Source of the DNA: Prorocentrum cordatum
Taxonomy: Eukaryota
Direction of reading: 5' to 3'
Assembly: GCA_963575745.1 (NCBI GenBank)
Contig: CAUYUJ010000232.1
Location: 62,001-116,504, forward strand
Length of the DNA: 54,504 nt
Part shown: piece after piece, positions 16,486-25,993 of the stretch
Position numbering within the stretch: the first letter of the stretch is position 1
Layout of the letters: each line of letters begins with the position of its first letter
Program-made: the position numbers and the translations under genes
Notes under the pieces: model-generated
What the model was told of the DNA's origin: nothing
Database searches by the model: none
Seen by the model: the letters and a program-made list of their open reading frames with translations, nothing else

Positions 16486-19400
16486 GAAGGTTATACTCAA
16501 AAGCGATGGAGAAGAGGCAATCACGGCGCTGGCCAACAGGATTAAAGCGTCGTGTGACCTCGACATGGGCGTTGAAGTCAGTCCTGTAGGCGACTCAAAG
16601 GCCAACGGTGAAATTGAGAGAGCAGTTAGAACGGTGCAAGGGCAAGTCAGGACATTAAAGAGCGCCTTGGATGCCAATTACAAGACCGAGTTCAGTGAAA
16701 GTCATACGATTATACCATGGCTGGTAAGCTATGCGTCTTCTCTGATTAACAAATTCACGATAGATACGGATGGAAAGACAGCCCATGAGAGATGTAGGGG
16801 GGGAAAGTTTAACAAGCAAATTCCTGAGTTCGGTGAATGTATCATGTGCTTAAAGACGCCTGCACACAAGGGCCGTGGAAAGCTTGAGATGAGATGGGAA
16901 AGTGGAGTGTTTTTGGGAATCAGCGAGAAGAGTCAGGAGCTCATCATTGGGACACCGAACGGAGCGATCAAGGCGCACGAGTTTAAACGAAAAGGAAGTG
17001 AAGCGGAAAGATGGAATAGCAACGAGATCACCGAGATGAAGGGGTTACCTTGGCAGCCTGACCCCAGCACGGCGGGAATGGAGTTACAGTCTAGAATTAT
17101 GGCACCCATGGACTTACCAGAGCAAGAGTTAACGGCGCCTGAGACGAAGCCGCTGATTGCGCGAGGAATAGCCGTAAAGAAGCACGAATCTCTAAAAATG
17201 GGACCGACGCCGGGATGTTACGGGTGTAAATGCCTAGTTAGAGGCGACAAAGAGCACAAACCACATAATGCTGATTGCAGGGCTCGCGTTATCGAGTGGT
17301 TAAAAAGACAAGAAAGTGCAAACGTGCAGGCAAGGTTAGCATCGGCCCAACTGAGACTCGAAGGTAAAAGCCGTGCGTCGGAAAGTCAAGATCAGGAGTC
17401 AGAAAGTCAAGCGAAGAGACTGAGACCCAACGTGCCACCTCCACCGGGCGCCAAAGTTGAGGATGCAAAAGATGAGTGGGTGATAAAAGGAAACAAAGTT
17501 ATATGTCAACACATACGACCAAGAAGAGAGTTAGCCTTTCCCACCAATGGTGGATGCCCTGTCGATTGGGATAAACTTAAACCCAGGAGATTTACCCATG
17601 CCATTCTAAACGACAGCGGTGAAATACGTGAGCATGAAGATGCTTGGTACGGCAAAGAGGGAGATGACCAAACATGGGCAATGGGAAACCCCTTTAACGG
17701 TTATTGGACCGGGTGGACCGAGTTCGAAATTGAAGATGAAGAAATGAAGGACCCACCAAGTGAACCGATCAAACGAAAAGCAGATAGTGACCACGATGAA
17801 GAATATCAACAGGCAACTCAGCATCGCCAACTTAACCCGGAACAAGATGAGGAAATGTCACAAGTAAACGATGTCAGACTGGGACTCAACATGATGGGAT
17901 TTGACTCTGAGCTGGATGAGTGGTTGATGAGCGGGGAGTTGGACGTCGTGCATCAGTTAAACGAAGTAAGGAGGGCCGCCAAGCTTCACGGCGCAAATCA
18001 ACATGAAACTCAGGCACACGCAACCGAGGCATATTCGCCAGTGAGGGTTACAGGCATGGCAGAGAAAATAGGATTGATACCTGGGTTAGCAATGGACTTA
18101 ACCACGTGCGACCAACATGGTAACCCATGGGACTTTAACGTGCCAGCCATGCGAGCGAAAGCAAAAAAGATAATCAAATCCAAATCAGCCCTGTTACTAG
18201 TGGTGAGTCCCATGTGCGCAGCCTTCAGCAGGCTCCAGACGTTTAACTTTAAAAGATTAGGCGCCGACCGAGTAAAACAAATGTTGGATTACGGGATCAA
18301 GCACTTAACATTTGCGATGGAGCTTTGCGAAATTCAACGGCGAAATGGGTTATACTTTCTATTTGAACATCCCGCGGGTGCGACCAGTTGGAGTACTTCA
18401 ACAGTGCAGCGGTTGCTCAGACACAAAGATGTTAAAGTTTACAATGGAGACTTATGCTGTTACGATTTGAAGCAGATAGTCAAAGGTGAGGAGATGTTCA
18501 TTAAAAAACCAACCAAGTTCATGACAAACAGCCCGGCCATAGGTCGTGAGTTAAGTTGGAGATGCAAAGGGCAACACCGACACATGGAGTTAACTGGTGG
18601 CGGAAGAACTCACCGATCAGAAGTTTATCCAGACAAATTGTGCCGAGCGATATTGAAGGGGCTTGTGGAACAAATGAAGATTGACGGACGTCAAGGAGGC
18701 ACATTTAAAGAGGAGGAAACGACAAACATGGAAGTTGATGAAGAGGGGCAAAGTGAAATTCAGATAAACGAAACTAACTGGGCATGTGACCATGCGGACC
18801 AAAACAGAGAGCACAAGCACCAGTTAACATGGACGAGAAAAGACTATGGAACCAAAAGATTGATGCTGCCAGGATCAAGTGGACCACAATGGAGCTCATG
18901 TATTAGGAGACTTACCGTTGACTTGGATACGGGGGAAGTTATCGAGGACAGGCCCGTGAACGAGATCACGGGCAGTGAAAGGAGGAGAATGTTCAAGAAG
19001 GGACCGGTTAACATTTCTACCACCTTTACGTATGAAGCTGTTGGCGAGACTGCCCCACACAAATGGAAGTGCAGTGCATGTGAACATGAGGGCTGGCTCA
19101 AGACGCCCAGTACCTGTGCAGCGTGTGAGAAGGTTGGCACAGTTAAACCTCTCCCCATGAATATGATTAACGTCGTTCACAAGGAAAATGGAGAGATAAC
19201 CCAAGCATGGGGCGATGTTACAGGAAACGAACTCAATCCTAAACTAACAGTGAAAGCGTGCCAGGAAGAAATGGAGCAATTTAGAGAGCACAGGGTTTAC
19301 GAGAAAGTGAAAGAAGAAGTGTGCTGGCAAGTCACGGGGAAAGCACCCATTGGAACCAGATGGATAGATATTAACAAAGGAGATGAGTTAAGCCCTGACC

Positions 19401-20212
19401 ACAGGTCAAGGCTAGCGGCCCAACAAGTTAAATACAATTCCAAAGAAAATAATATATTTGCGGCTACGCCTCCACTGGAAGCACAGAAACTACTCTTCTC
19501 AATGGCGGTTACCGAAGGAGTGGGATTCAAGAAAGGCGAGCGCGAGAAAGGATTAAAGCTGGTATTCGTTGACACTAAACGAGCTTACTTTTACGCTCCT
19601 GCAGAGAAAGACATATTTATCAGGCTACCGGGCGAGGATTACGAGCCGGGCATGTGTGGAAAGTTACTGAAGTCAATGTATGGAACAAGAGATGCGGCAA
19701 GCAACTGGGAAGACTGTTACATGGACTTTGCCATTGAAGTTGGGTTCAAGAGTGGAGTTGCGTCGCCGTGCGTGTTTAAGCACGAGACCCGAGCCCTATG
19801 GTTAACGGTTCATGGGGATGACTTTACGCTACTAGGGGGTGACCATGATCTCGATTGGTTTGAAAATACAATAAAGGAGGAGTTTGAGGTAAAAGTGAGA
19901 GGACGACTTGGACCGGGGCAGGAGGACATGAAGGCAATCAGGATTCTTAACAGGATTGTGGAGTGGACTGAGGAAGGATTGAGATATGAGGCTGATCAAA
20001 GGCATGCGGAGATAATTGTGAAAGAGCTTGAGCTTGAGGGAGTAAAAGTGAGGACTGAGGTACCAGGTGAGCGCATTCCAGTTGAAGAGGGAGATGAGGT
20101 AGAACTTTCGCCCAACATGACTAAGCGATATCAGGCATTAACGGCTAGAGCAAATTATATATTTAGCTCAAGACAGATCGGACATACAGTATTCAGTAAA
20201 GGAACTTGCTAG
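16463..20212 (+). CDS. pol: Pol: integrase core, DNMT-like domain, reverse transcriptase
   Basis: IN LKSDGE, SKANGEIERAV. RT APIGTRWID, RSRLAA, VFVDTKRAY, KSMYGTRDAASNW, TVHGDDF (copia type). A 4-bp ATAT duplication near 20160 breaks the frame before RNase H. Confidence 0.95.
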   Translation: MIGFTRYKKVILKSDGEEAITALANRIKASCDLDMGVEVSPVGDSKANGEIERAVRTVQGQVRTLKSALDANYKTEFSESHTIIPWLVSYASSLINKFTIDTDGKTAHERCRGGKFNKQIPEFGECIMCLKTPAHKGRGKLEMRWESGVFLGISEKSQELIIGTPNGAIKAHEFKRKGSEAERWNSNEITEMKGLPWQPDPSTAGMELQSRIMAPMDLPEQELTAPETKPLIARGIAVKKHESLKMGPTPGCYGCKCLVRGDKEHKPHNADCRARVIEWLKRQESANVQARLASAQLRLEGKSRASESQDQESESQAKRLRPNVPPPPGAKVEDAKDEWVIKGNKVICQHIRPRRELAFPTNGGCPVDWDKLKPRRFTHAILNDSGEIREHEDAWYGKEGDDQTWAMGNPFNGYWTGWTEFEIEDEEMKDPPSEPIKRKADSDHDEEYQQATQHRQLNPEQDEEMSQVNDVRLGLNMMGFDSELDEWLMSGELDVVHQLNEVRRAAKLHGANQHETQAHATEAYSPVRVTGMAEKIGLIPGLAMDLTTCDQHGNPWDFNVPAMRAKAKKIIKSKSALLLVVSPMCAAFSRLQTFNFKRLGADRVKQMLDYGIKHLTFAMELCEIQRRNGLYFLFEHPAGATSWSTSTVQRLLRHKDVKVYNGDLCCYDLKQIVKGEEMFIKKPTKFMTNSPAIGRELSWRCKGQHRHMELTGGGRTHRSEVYPDKLCRAILKGLVEQMKIDGRQGGTFKEEETTNMEVDEEGQSEIQINETNWACDHADQNREHKHQLTWTRKDYGTKRLMLPGSSGPQWSSCIRRLTVDLDTGEVIEDRPVNEITGSERRRMFKKGPVNISTTFTYEAVGETAPHKWKCSACEHEGWLKTPSTCAACEKVGTVKPLPMNMINVVHKENGEITQAWGDVTGNELNPKLTVKACQEEMEQFREHRVYEKVKEEVCWQVTGKAPIGTRWIDINKGDELSPDHRSRLAAQQVKYNSKENNIFAATPPLEAQKLLFSMAVTEGVGFKKGEREKGLKLVFVDTKRAYFYAPAEKDIFIRLPGEDYEPGMCGKLLKSMYGTRDAASNWEDCYMDFAIEVGFKSGVASPCVFKHETRALWLTVHGDDFTLLGGDHDLDWFENTIKEEFEVKVRGRLGPGQEDMKAIRILNRIVEWTEEGLRYEADQRHAEIIVKELELEGVKVRTEVPGERIPVEEGDEVELSPNMTKRYQALTARANYIFSSRQIGHTVFSKGTC
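18017..18670 (+). other. C5 cytosine methyltransferase-like domain within Pol
   Basis: EAYSPVRV (motif I position), VVSPMCAAFS (IV), FLFEHP (VI), KKPTKF (VIII), EVYPDKLCRAI (X), in C5-MTase order and spacing. Confidence 0.75.
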
Positions 20213-20216
20213 GACC

Positions 20217-20822
20217 ATGTCAAAGCCAACTATGGTTTCATGGAAAGGCCTAGTCAAGCTAGGAAAGTATTTGAAGTATCACAGCAGAAGCAGTTCTGTG
20301 TATCAGTATCAAGAACAGCCCCGAGAGTTGACGATTTGGACGGACACAGATTACGCAGGATGTAAACGAACTAGGAAGTCTACGAGTGGAGGAGTAGTGA
20401 TGTGGGGTAAACACCTCATAAAATCTTGGAGCACAACTCAAAGTGTAATTGCATTATCGTCAGGGGAAGCAGAATATTACGGGCTTGTGAAAGGAGGATC
20501 AGTCGGTCTAGGACTTCAGGCCGTGTTGAGGGATTTTAATTTGGAAGTTGAGATCACCTTGAAAAGTGATGCCACGGCTGCAATTGCAATTGCGAGCAGA
20601 CGAGGTTTAGGAAAAGTGAGACGCATTGAAGTATGTCAACTGTGGCTGCAGCAGAAGGTAAAGGAGGGAGTAATTCGAATTGTGAAAGTAGGCACACATG
20701 AGAACGCAGCAGATGCATTAACCAAGTATGTCAGTCGTGAGAGCATGAGCACACACCTACTAAACACAAACCAATGTACACTAACAGGTCGGCATAGCCT
20801 TGCGCCGGCCACCGAATGTTGA
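20217..20822 (+). CDS. Pol C-terminus: copia RNase H (frameshifted off RT)
   Basis: WTDTDYAGC..TRKSTSGG, LSSGEAEYYG, KSDATAA, ENAADALTK. Confidence 0.92.
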   Translation: MSKPTMVSWKGLVKLGKYLKYHSRSSSVYQYQEQPRELTIWTDTDYAGCKRTRKSTSGGVVMWGKHLIKSWSTTQSVIALSSGEAEYYGLVKGGSVGLGLQAVLRDFNLEVEITLKSDATAAIAIASRRGLGKVRRIEVCQLWLQQKVKEGVIRIVKVGTHENAADALTKYVSRESMSTHLLNTNQCTLTGRHSLAPATEC

Positions 20823-21022
20823 CATCCGCAGCTCATTTCTGTCAAGCAAGCAGTCTCGATTAAGGCTTCCTCCATCCTTTACCTCTTTCCCTCGAGCGTG
20901 AACGAAAGCGTGGCGGACAACCAAGTCAAGCGATCAACGGCGCTGCGGTCGACCAGAGCCCGCCTGGGGCAGGACCGGTTACACGTGAGAACCTCAATTG
21001 CCGTGTCGACGATATCGTCAAC

Positions 21023-21967
21023 GTGGCTCATGCGTATACCATGACCCTCACCAACATGGCCATTGACTTTCACGGGGCCTATGACAAGCACGTTGACGAG
21101 ATGCAGAGGGTTGCCGATGACATGGCGCGGAGGATCGTTGACTTAACACAGCAGAACACCGCGTTGGTTCACGCCAATGACGACGTCAACGAAAATCTCA
21201 AGAGGGCGCAGGACGAGGTTAACACCCTTGTGGCAACGGTTACAGAGTTGAACATCAAGAATCGCGACTCGGAGGTTAACACGGCGGAGAATGCGACCAA
21301 GTGCAGGCGCATTAACGAAAATATCGGTTGCCTCTTGAATACCGCCAGGCGCCTTACCGAGAACATCACGCCTCTGCAGGGCTTCGAAGGTAAACGTGAT
21401 GCGGCACTACGTATGCTAGTGGGAGTCACCGAGAGGCTTGAGGGTTTGCAGAGGTTCTTGGATGACCCGATCAACTCCTCGGTTACCATTATCCCGCAGG
21501 TGCCGCCGCCGTTGCCTGAGTTGCCCCCGACGGCAGCACCCGCCACGGCGCCGCCCGTTGCCGTCGCCGCGGCAGTCGGGCCCATGGCCACGGGCGCGCC
21601 CCCAGTGCAGCAGGTTAACGTGGCTCCATCAGGCAAAGCTCCCCCGACTCAGGACCTGGCCGACGCAACCACTAAAGCCGGGGGGAGTCGACGGTCCGTG
21701 TCGCCGAACAAGATCCGACCGTCAACGTTGAGCCGGCAGGGCGGTGAAGAGCCACAGCCTGTTTACAAGCGGGCGCCGAAGGCCATGCATGAGCGTGAAC
21801 GGGAGCTGGAAGAATTGATGCAGATAGGCATGAAGATGGACGAGGATCGAACGGTTGGTGGTCAACGTGATGAGGTACCAAAGGATCCTGCCCCCGCCGT
21901 AAACGTGAGGCCGGCCAAGCCGCCCCCTTCCGGGGCTCGGCGAGTCCAGAGCGGCAAGCAGCGTTAG
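21023..21967 (+). CDS. Extra ORF part 1: coiled-coil plus Pro/Ala-rich protein (first ATG 21041)
   Basis: 314-aa ORF between RNase H and the 3' LTR, with a heptad-like helical N-half and GC3-rich codons; appears to continue into 21972 via a +1 shift near 21929. Confidence 0.7.
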   Translation: MAHAYTMTLTNMAIDFHGAYDKHVDEMQRVADDMARRIVDLTQQNTALVHANDDVNENLKRAQDEVNTLVATVTELNIKNRDSEVNTAENATKCRRINENIGCLLNTARRLTENITPLQGFEGKRDAALRMLVGVTERLEGLQRFLDDPINSSVTIIPQVPPPLPELPPTAAPATAPPVAVAAAVGPMATGAPPVQQVNVAPSGKAPPTQDLADATTKAGGSRRSVSPNKIRPSTLSRQGGEEPQPVYKRAPKAMHERERELEELMQIGMKMDEDRTVGGQRDEVPKDPAPAVNVRPAKPPPSGARRVQSGKQR

Positions 21968-21971
21968 CGGC

Positions 21972-23174
21972 ATGAAGCCCCCGCCTCCAGAGCCCAAGAG
22001 GTTACCGGTCCAGCACGTCCCGCCACCGCAGCCTCAAGTCGTTAACCGCGCGAATGATCAGCTTGCGGGATACTCCAGGACCGTCGCCAAGGCGGTGTAC
22101 CGCCCGCTGTACCACGTCAACGGTCGCATGCCCATGCTGAACGACAGGAGCGACGACTACGACGTTAACTATCGGGCGGAACCTGACCCCAGGGAAGTGG
22201 TAGCCTTAACGATGAAGACACGTGACAACTGGCGCAGGTTTGAGGGTAACTTCGTCGGGCACGTGGCGACGGCAGGGTTAAGGACCCCTGGCGGCAGGTC
22301 TATTCAGGGCAACACAGGGCGGGAGCTTAACGATTGCGATGACGTGTTCGTTGACATCTTTGGCCAACATGCTTACGGTTTCATCGGCTATGCCGTGTTG
22401 AAAGGTCCGAGCAGCTGGAGATCTCAATTAACGGAGAAAGAGTTGACCAAGCATGATGAATGGGTTGACGCGGTTGGGCACGTACAGTCCCTATTTGACG
22501 ATGAGTACGTGCCACCACTCCACGTTGACGAGCTTCACCCATCGTGGTTTGAGCTCCACAGTTGCCCGGACACGCAGGTGTACGTCAACAAGGTGCCGGA
22601 GATGAACGAGAAGCAGCTTAATGGTCTCCTCTTAACGTGGGCAGGAATGCTGCCCCACGGCAACCCCACCGTGATCTCCGTTAAGCACCTGGTGGAGGAC
22701 GCCCGTGGGCCGCACGGTTGCATCTCGACTGGAGTTACCGTGATTCGCTTTGCGACGCCCGATCTCGCCAAGCTTTACTGCCGTTACATGAACGGGCTCC
22801 AGGTGCATTACCGTAACTACTTCATCGACGACCTCGAGGTCAGGAGCACCGAGGAGTTAAAGGGCAGTATCAACAAGCCTCCAGTCTACTGGCACCAGAC
22901 CATCTTGGACGTTGCCCTTAACGATCAGGGATCCATGAGGGCACTTTACCGTGATAATTGGCCTGCCGATCATGTCACCGAGCGTAAAAGCGATCACCGT
23001 GAGAAGCTTTGCTGGTTTGGCTGGTTACCGTGCGACGACTTCCCCAACTGGCTTACCGATCCGGCCTGGACTGTGAACCCGTTTACCGGCGCTGCGGTCG
23101 AAGAGCACCTCCGTAACAATCCAGGCGGTGGGCCTCTACTGGAGGGCCATCGGCACCTGCCACAACATCGTTGA
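21972..23174 (+). CDS. Extra ORF part 2: unknown protein with RRM-like domain (22572-22845)
   Basis: 400-aa complex ORF: QVYVNKVP (RNP2-like), NEKQLNGLL, VISVKHL, STGVTVIRF (RNP1-like), ATPDLAKLYCRYMNGLQV. Confidence 0.7.
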   Translation: MKPPPPEPKRLPVQHVPPPQPQVVNRANDQLAGYSRTVAKAVYRPLYHVNGRMPMLNDRSDDYDVNYRAEPDPREVVALTMKTRDNWRRFEGNFVGHVATAGLRTPGGRSIQGNTGRELNDCDDVFVDIFGQHAYGFIGYAVLKGPSSWRSQLTEKELTKHDEWVDAVGHVQSLFDDEYVPPLHVDELHPSWFELHSCPDTQVYVNKVPEMNEKQLNGLLLTWAGMLPHGNPTVISVKHLVEDARGPHGCISTGVTVIRFATPDLAKLYCRYMNGLQVHYRNYFIDDLEVRSTEELKGSINKPPVYWHQTILDVALNDQGSMRALYRDNWPADHVTERKSDHREKLCWFGWLPCDDFPNWLTDPAWTVNPFTGAAVEEHLRNNPGGGPLLEGHRHLPQHR

Positions 23175-23376
23175 CGGCTCCATTAAGAGCTACGATGAGG
23201 GGTGCTGGCTTGACGACGATGAGCGCATTAACGCGTACCTGGACACCGACTACTACAGCCCGATGCAGGCCCTTAACAGGGTGTCGTCCTACACCGCAGC
23301 CAGCGTGGGACATCGCGGGTTACCGAGGTCGAGGGGTTCACGAGCCCCGTCGGCGAGGCGCCCGCGCCGTTCGTGA
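23128..23376 (+). pseudogene. Extra ORF part 3: probable true C-terminus after a +1 shift near 23118
   Basis: The GC3-rich codon pattern moves to this frame (GLYWRAIGTCHNIVDG...); ends in an Arg/Ser-rich tail. Confidence 0.55.
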
Positions 23377-23774
23377 AAGACGGCAGGCAGTCAGCATGCT
23401 GCAGTTTACGCTCTTCCTCATCTCCCCTCTTAACTTGGCTTAACGATCGAGTGGCGGTAGCTTGTTGAGCTGAGTTTGTTTGCGTGCGCATCTCTTGTTG
23501 TTACCGCAGGTATTGGCGAATAAAAAGCGAAAGCAATCACAATCATCCAAATGCTAACCTGCTGTGTAAACTTTAGATGCTTCGTTTGAACTTGTGACAG
23601 TAAAAGCGTTTACTCGAGCTCAGGTTCCATGTGTGAGAAACTTGGTGCTCGTAAGCGCAGTCACGAGACATTTCGAATTCAGCAATATGATGATTTGCGT
23701 GCAACGTTTTGCATAGTTTAACCTGTTTTTGCGTTTGTAGACACCTCCCCGTCAGCCTATGCGGACTAGCGTCC

Positions 23775-23782
23775 GAGGGGGG
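23775..23782 (+). promoter_or_regulatory. Polypurine tract
   Basis: GAGGGGGG abutting the 3' LTR. Confidence 0.85.
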
Positions 23783-23957
23783 TGTTAACATGTAAGCGTT
23801 CAGGTGACTGGGGAGGGAAGGTGACCCTGTTACCTTTGGCTCAAGTGTTTAACGGCTGAAGCCACCGAGACTCGCTTCGCCGTGCGGGAGTAAAAAGGTG
23901 ACCGATCGTCATCGCTGTCACTGGGCTCCCGTGCAGAACCCTCCTCGGGGTTTTGCA
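23783..23957 (+). repeat. 3' LTR
   Basis: Second copy of the 175-bp repeat, preceded by a purine tract. Confidence 0.97.
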
Positions 23958-24240
23958 GGAGAAGGAGGAGGAGGAGGAGGAGGAGGAGGAGGAGGAGAGG
24001 AGGAGAGGAGAGGAGGGAGGAGGAGGAGAGGGGAGGAGGAGGAGGGAGGAGGAGGAGGAAGGAGGAGGCGGAGGAGGAGGAGGAGGAGGGAGGAGGAGGA
24101 GGAGGAGGAGGAGGAGGAGGAGGAGGACGAGGACGAGGAGGACGAGGACGAGGAGGACGAGGACGAGGAGGTCGAGTAGGAGGAGGAGAGATGATCGGGC
24201 AGGGGAGGGATCAGACGGGAGAGTGGAGATGAGAGAGAGA

Positions 24241-24318
<78 letters not shown>

Positions 24319-24349
24319 AAGAGAAGAGAGAGAGAGAGAGAGAGAGAGA
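23958..24349. repeat. (GGA)n and (GA)n
   Basis: Direct inspection. Confidence 0.95.
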
Positions 24350-24878
24350 CAGGATGTGGTAAAAGCCGTTGTGATCGTTGGCTGTTTGGGCTCATGCCTT
24401 TATTCTTTCACGTTTTGTATTTACTATGTCATCCTCATTATCATTTCTTTTTCGCCTCCTCGCATCGTTGCCGTGGCGCGGTCCAAGGTGGATATCGAGG
24501 AGCCCGACCTCTACATCCCGGCACCACCCCCAGCGTCGTCAGAGGAGGACGAGGAGGGGGGGAGGATAATGGGCGAGGGAGAGGAGGAGGATGAGACGGG
24601 ACGGGGCGAAAGAGAAAAGGGAGGAGGATGAGGAGGGCGGGGGGGGGGAGGATGGGGAGGAGGAGAAGGAGGTGGAGCATGAGCGCAAAGGCAACGGGGG
24701 GAACGCAAAAGAAGGTGTGGGGGGGAGTAGGAGGAGTAGGAGGACGAGCAAGAGGACGAGGAGGAGGGGTGGGAGGATCCATCATCAAAGGCCTGAAGCA
24801 ATAGGAATGCCATCGAGCAGCCCCCTATCCTTTCGCCACAGAGGGCACTCCCGCCGCTGCAGGACGACCCGCCTTCAA

Positions 24879-25993
24879 CATGAAGGGATCGGCTCGGTTC
24901 GGTTCGGTCCGGTTCTGCAGCCGGGTCGGTTTTCTTTGGCCGGTTCGGTTTGGCATCGGTCCGGTTTCGGCCGGTTCGGCTTGGGCCTGCCGCCGGTTCG
25001 GTTCGGTTCCGGTTTTCGCGCGGTTGGGTCCGACCGGTTCGGTTCGGTTCGAGTGGCCGCTCCGGTTCGGTTCGGCCCGACTGGTCAGGTGCGACGTTGG
25101 GCGCCCCGTCTGCGTAAGCGACGACCCAGTTTGAAAAAAAGGGAGGGAGGATGAGGGGAGGAGGAGGAGGAGGAGGAGGAGGAGGACGAGGAGGAGGACG
25201 AGGAGGAGGAGGAGGAGGAGGAGGCGGAGGAGGGAGGAGGAGGACGACGAGGAGGAGAGGAGGAGGAGGAGGACGACGAGGAGGAGGAAGGAGGAGGAGG
25301 AGGAGGAACGTGGAGGCGTGGAGGCGCGAGGCCCTCCAGCGACGTGCCCCGAGGGGGGTCGCAGCCCCGAGGGGGGTCGCAGCCCCGAGGGGGGTCGCAG
25401 CCCCGAGGGGGGTCGCAGCCCCGAGGGGGGTCGCACCCGCGAGGGGGGTCGCAGCCCCGAGGGGGGTCGCACCCGCGAGGGGGGTCGCAGCCCCGAGGGG
25501 GGTCGCACCCGCGAGGGGGGTCGCACCCCCGAGGGGGGTCGCACCGAGGGGGGTCGCACCCGCGAGGGGGGTCGCAGCCCTGAAGGGGGTCCTGGGTCCT
25601 GGGGTCCTGGGGTCCCGGGGGTCCTTGGGTCCTTGGGTCCTTGGGTCCTGGGGTCCCGGGGATCTACGGGGGTCCTGGGGTCATGGGGGTCATCGGGGTC
25701 GTGGGAATCTTCGGGAGGTTCTGGGGTCATCGGGGTCCAGGAGTCCTGGGGGTCATCGGGGTCCTGGGGTCCGGACCGGGGGGGAAAGGGGTTCGGTTCG
25801 GTTCCCGTCGGTTCGGTTCAGGGGCCGCCCGGTTCCGGTTTGGTTCCGGTTCTGGTTCGATTCGGTTCTCGCCATTTCGGTTCTGAATGAATTCGGTTCG
25901 GTCCGGTTCGGTTTTCTACGTTCCTGGTTTTGGACCGCCTCGGTCCGGTTCGGTCACGGTTCTCGGTTCTCGGTTCGGTGCGGTCCCTTCATG
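24879..25993. mobile_element. Non-autonomous TIR DNA transposon (hAT-like), 6-bp TSD
   Basis: TIR CATGAAGGGA / TCCCTTCATG; CTTCAA at 24873-24878 and 25994-25999; subterminal (GGTTC)n arrays. Confidence 0.8.
25347..25580. repeat. 18-bp minisatellite CCCCGAGGGGGGTCGCAG
   Basis: About 13 tandem copies inside the TIR element. Confidence 0.95.

Larger units (their letters stand above)
13189..23957 (+). mobile_element. Full-length Ty1/copia LTR retrotransposon with DNMT-like domain and extra 3' ORF
   Basis: Two 175-bp TG...CA direct repeats, PBS, PPT, domain order gag-PR-IN-RT-RH (copia order). Flanks GGAGG (13184-13188) / GGAGA (23958-23962) fit a 5-bp TSD with one mismatch inside a (GGA)n tract. 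Confidence 0.97.

Noticed and set aside
19094..19102. Other TGGCTCAAG matches to DinoSL (also minus strand near 27435 and 43575)
   Set aside because: Only 9 nt, inside coding sequence or CTTGG-type repeats; expected by chance.
21023..23376. env gene
   Set aside because: No signal peptide, furin/fusion peptide or transmembrane segment visible.
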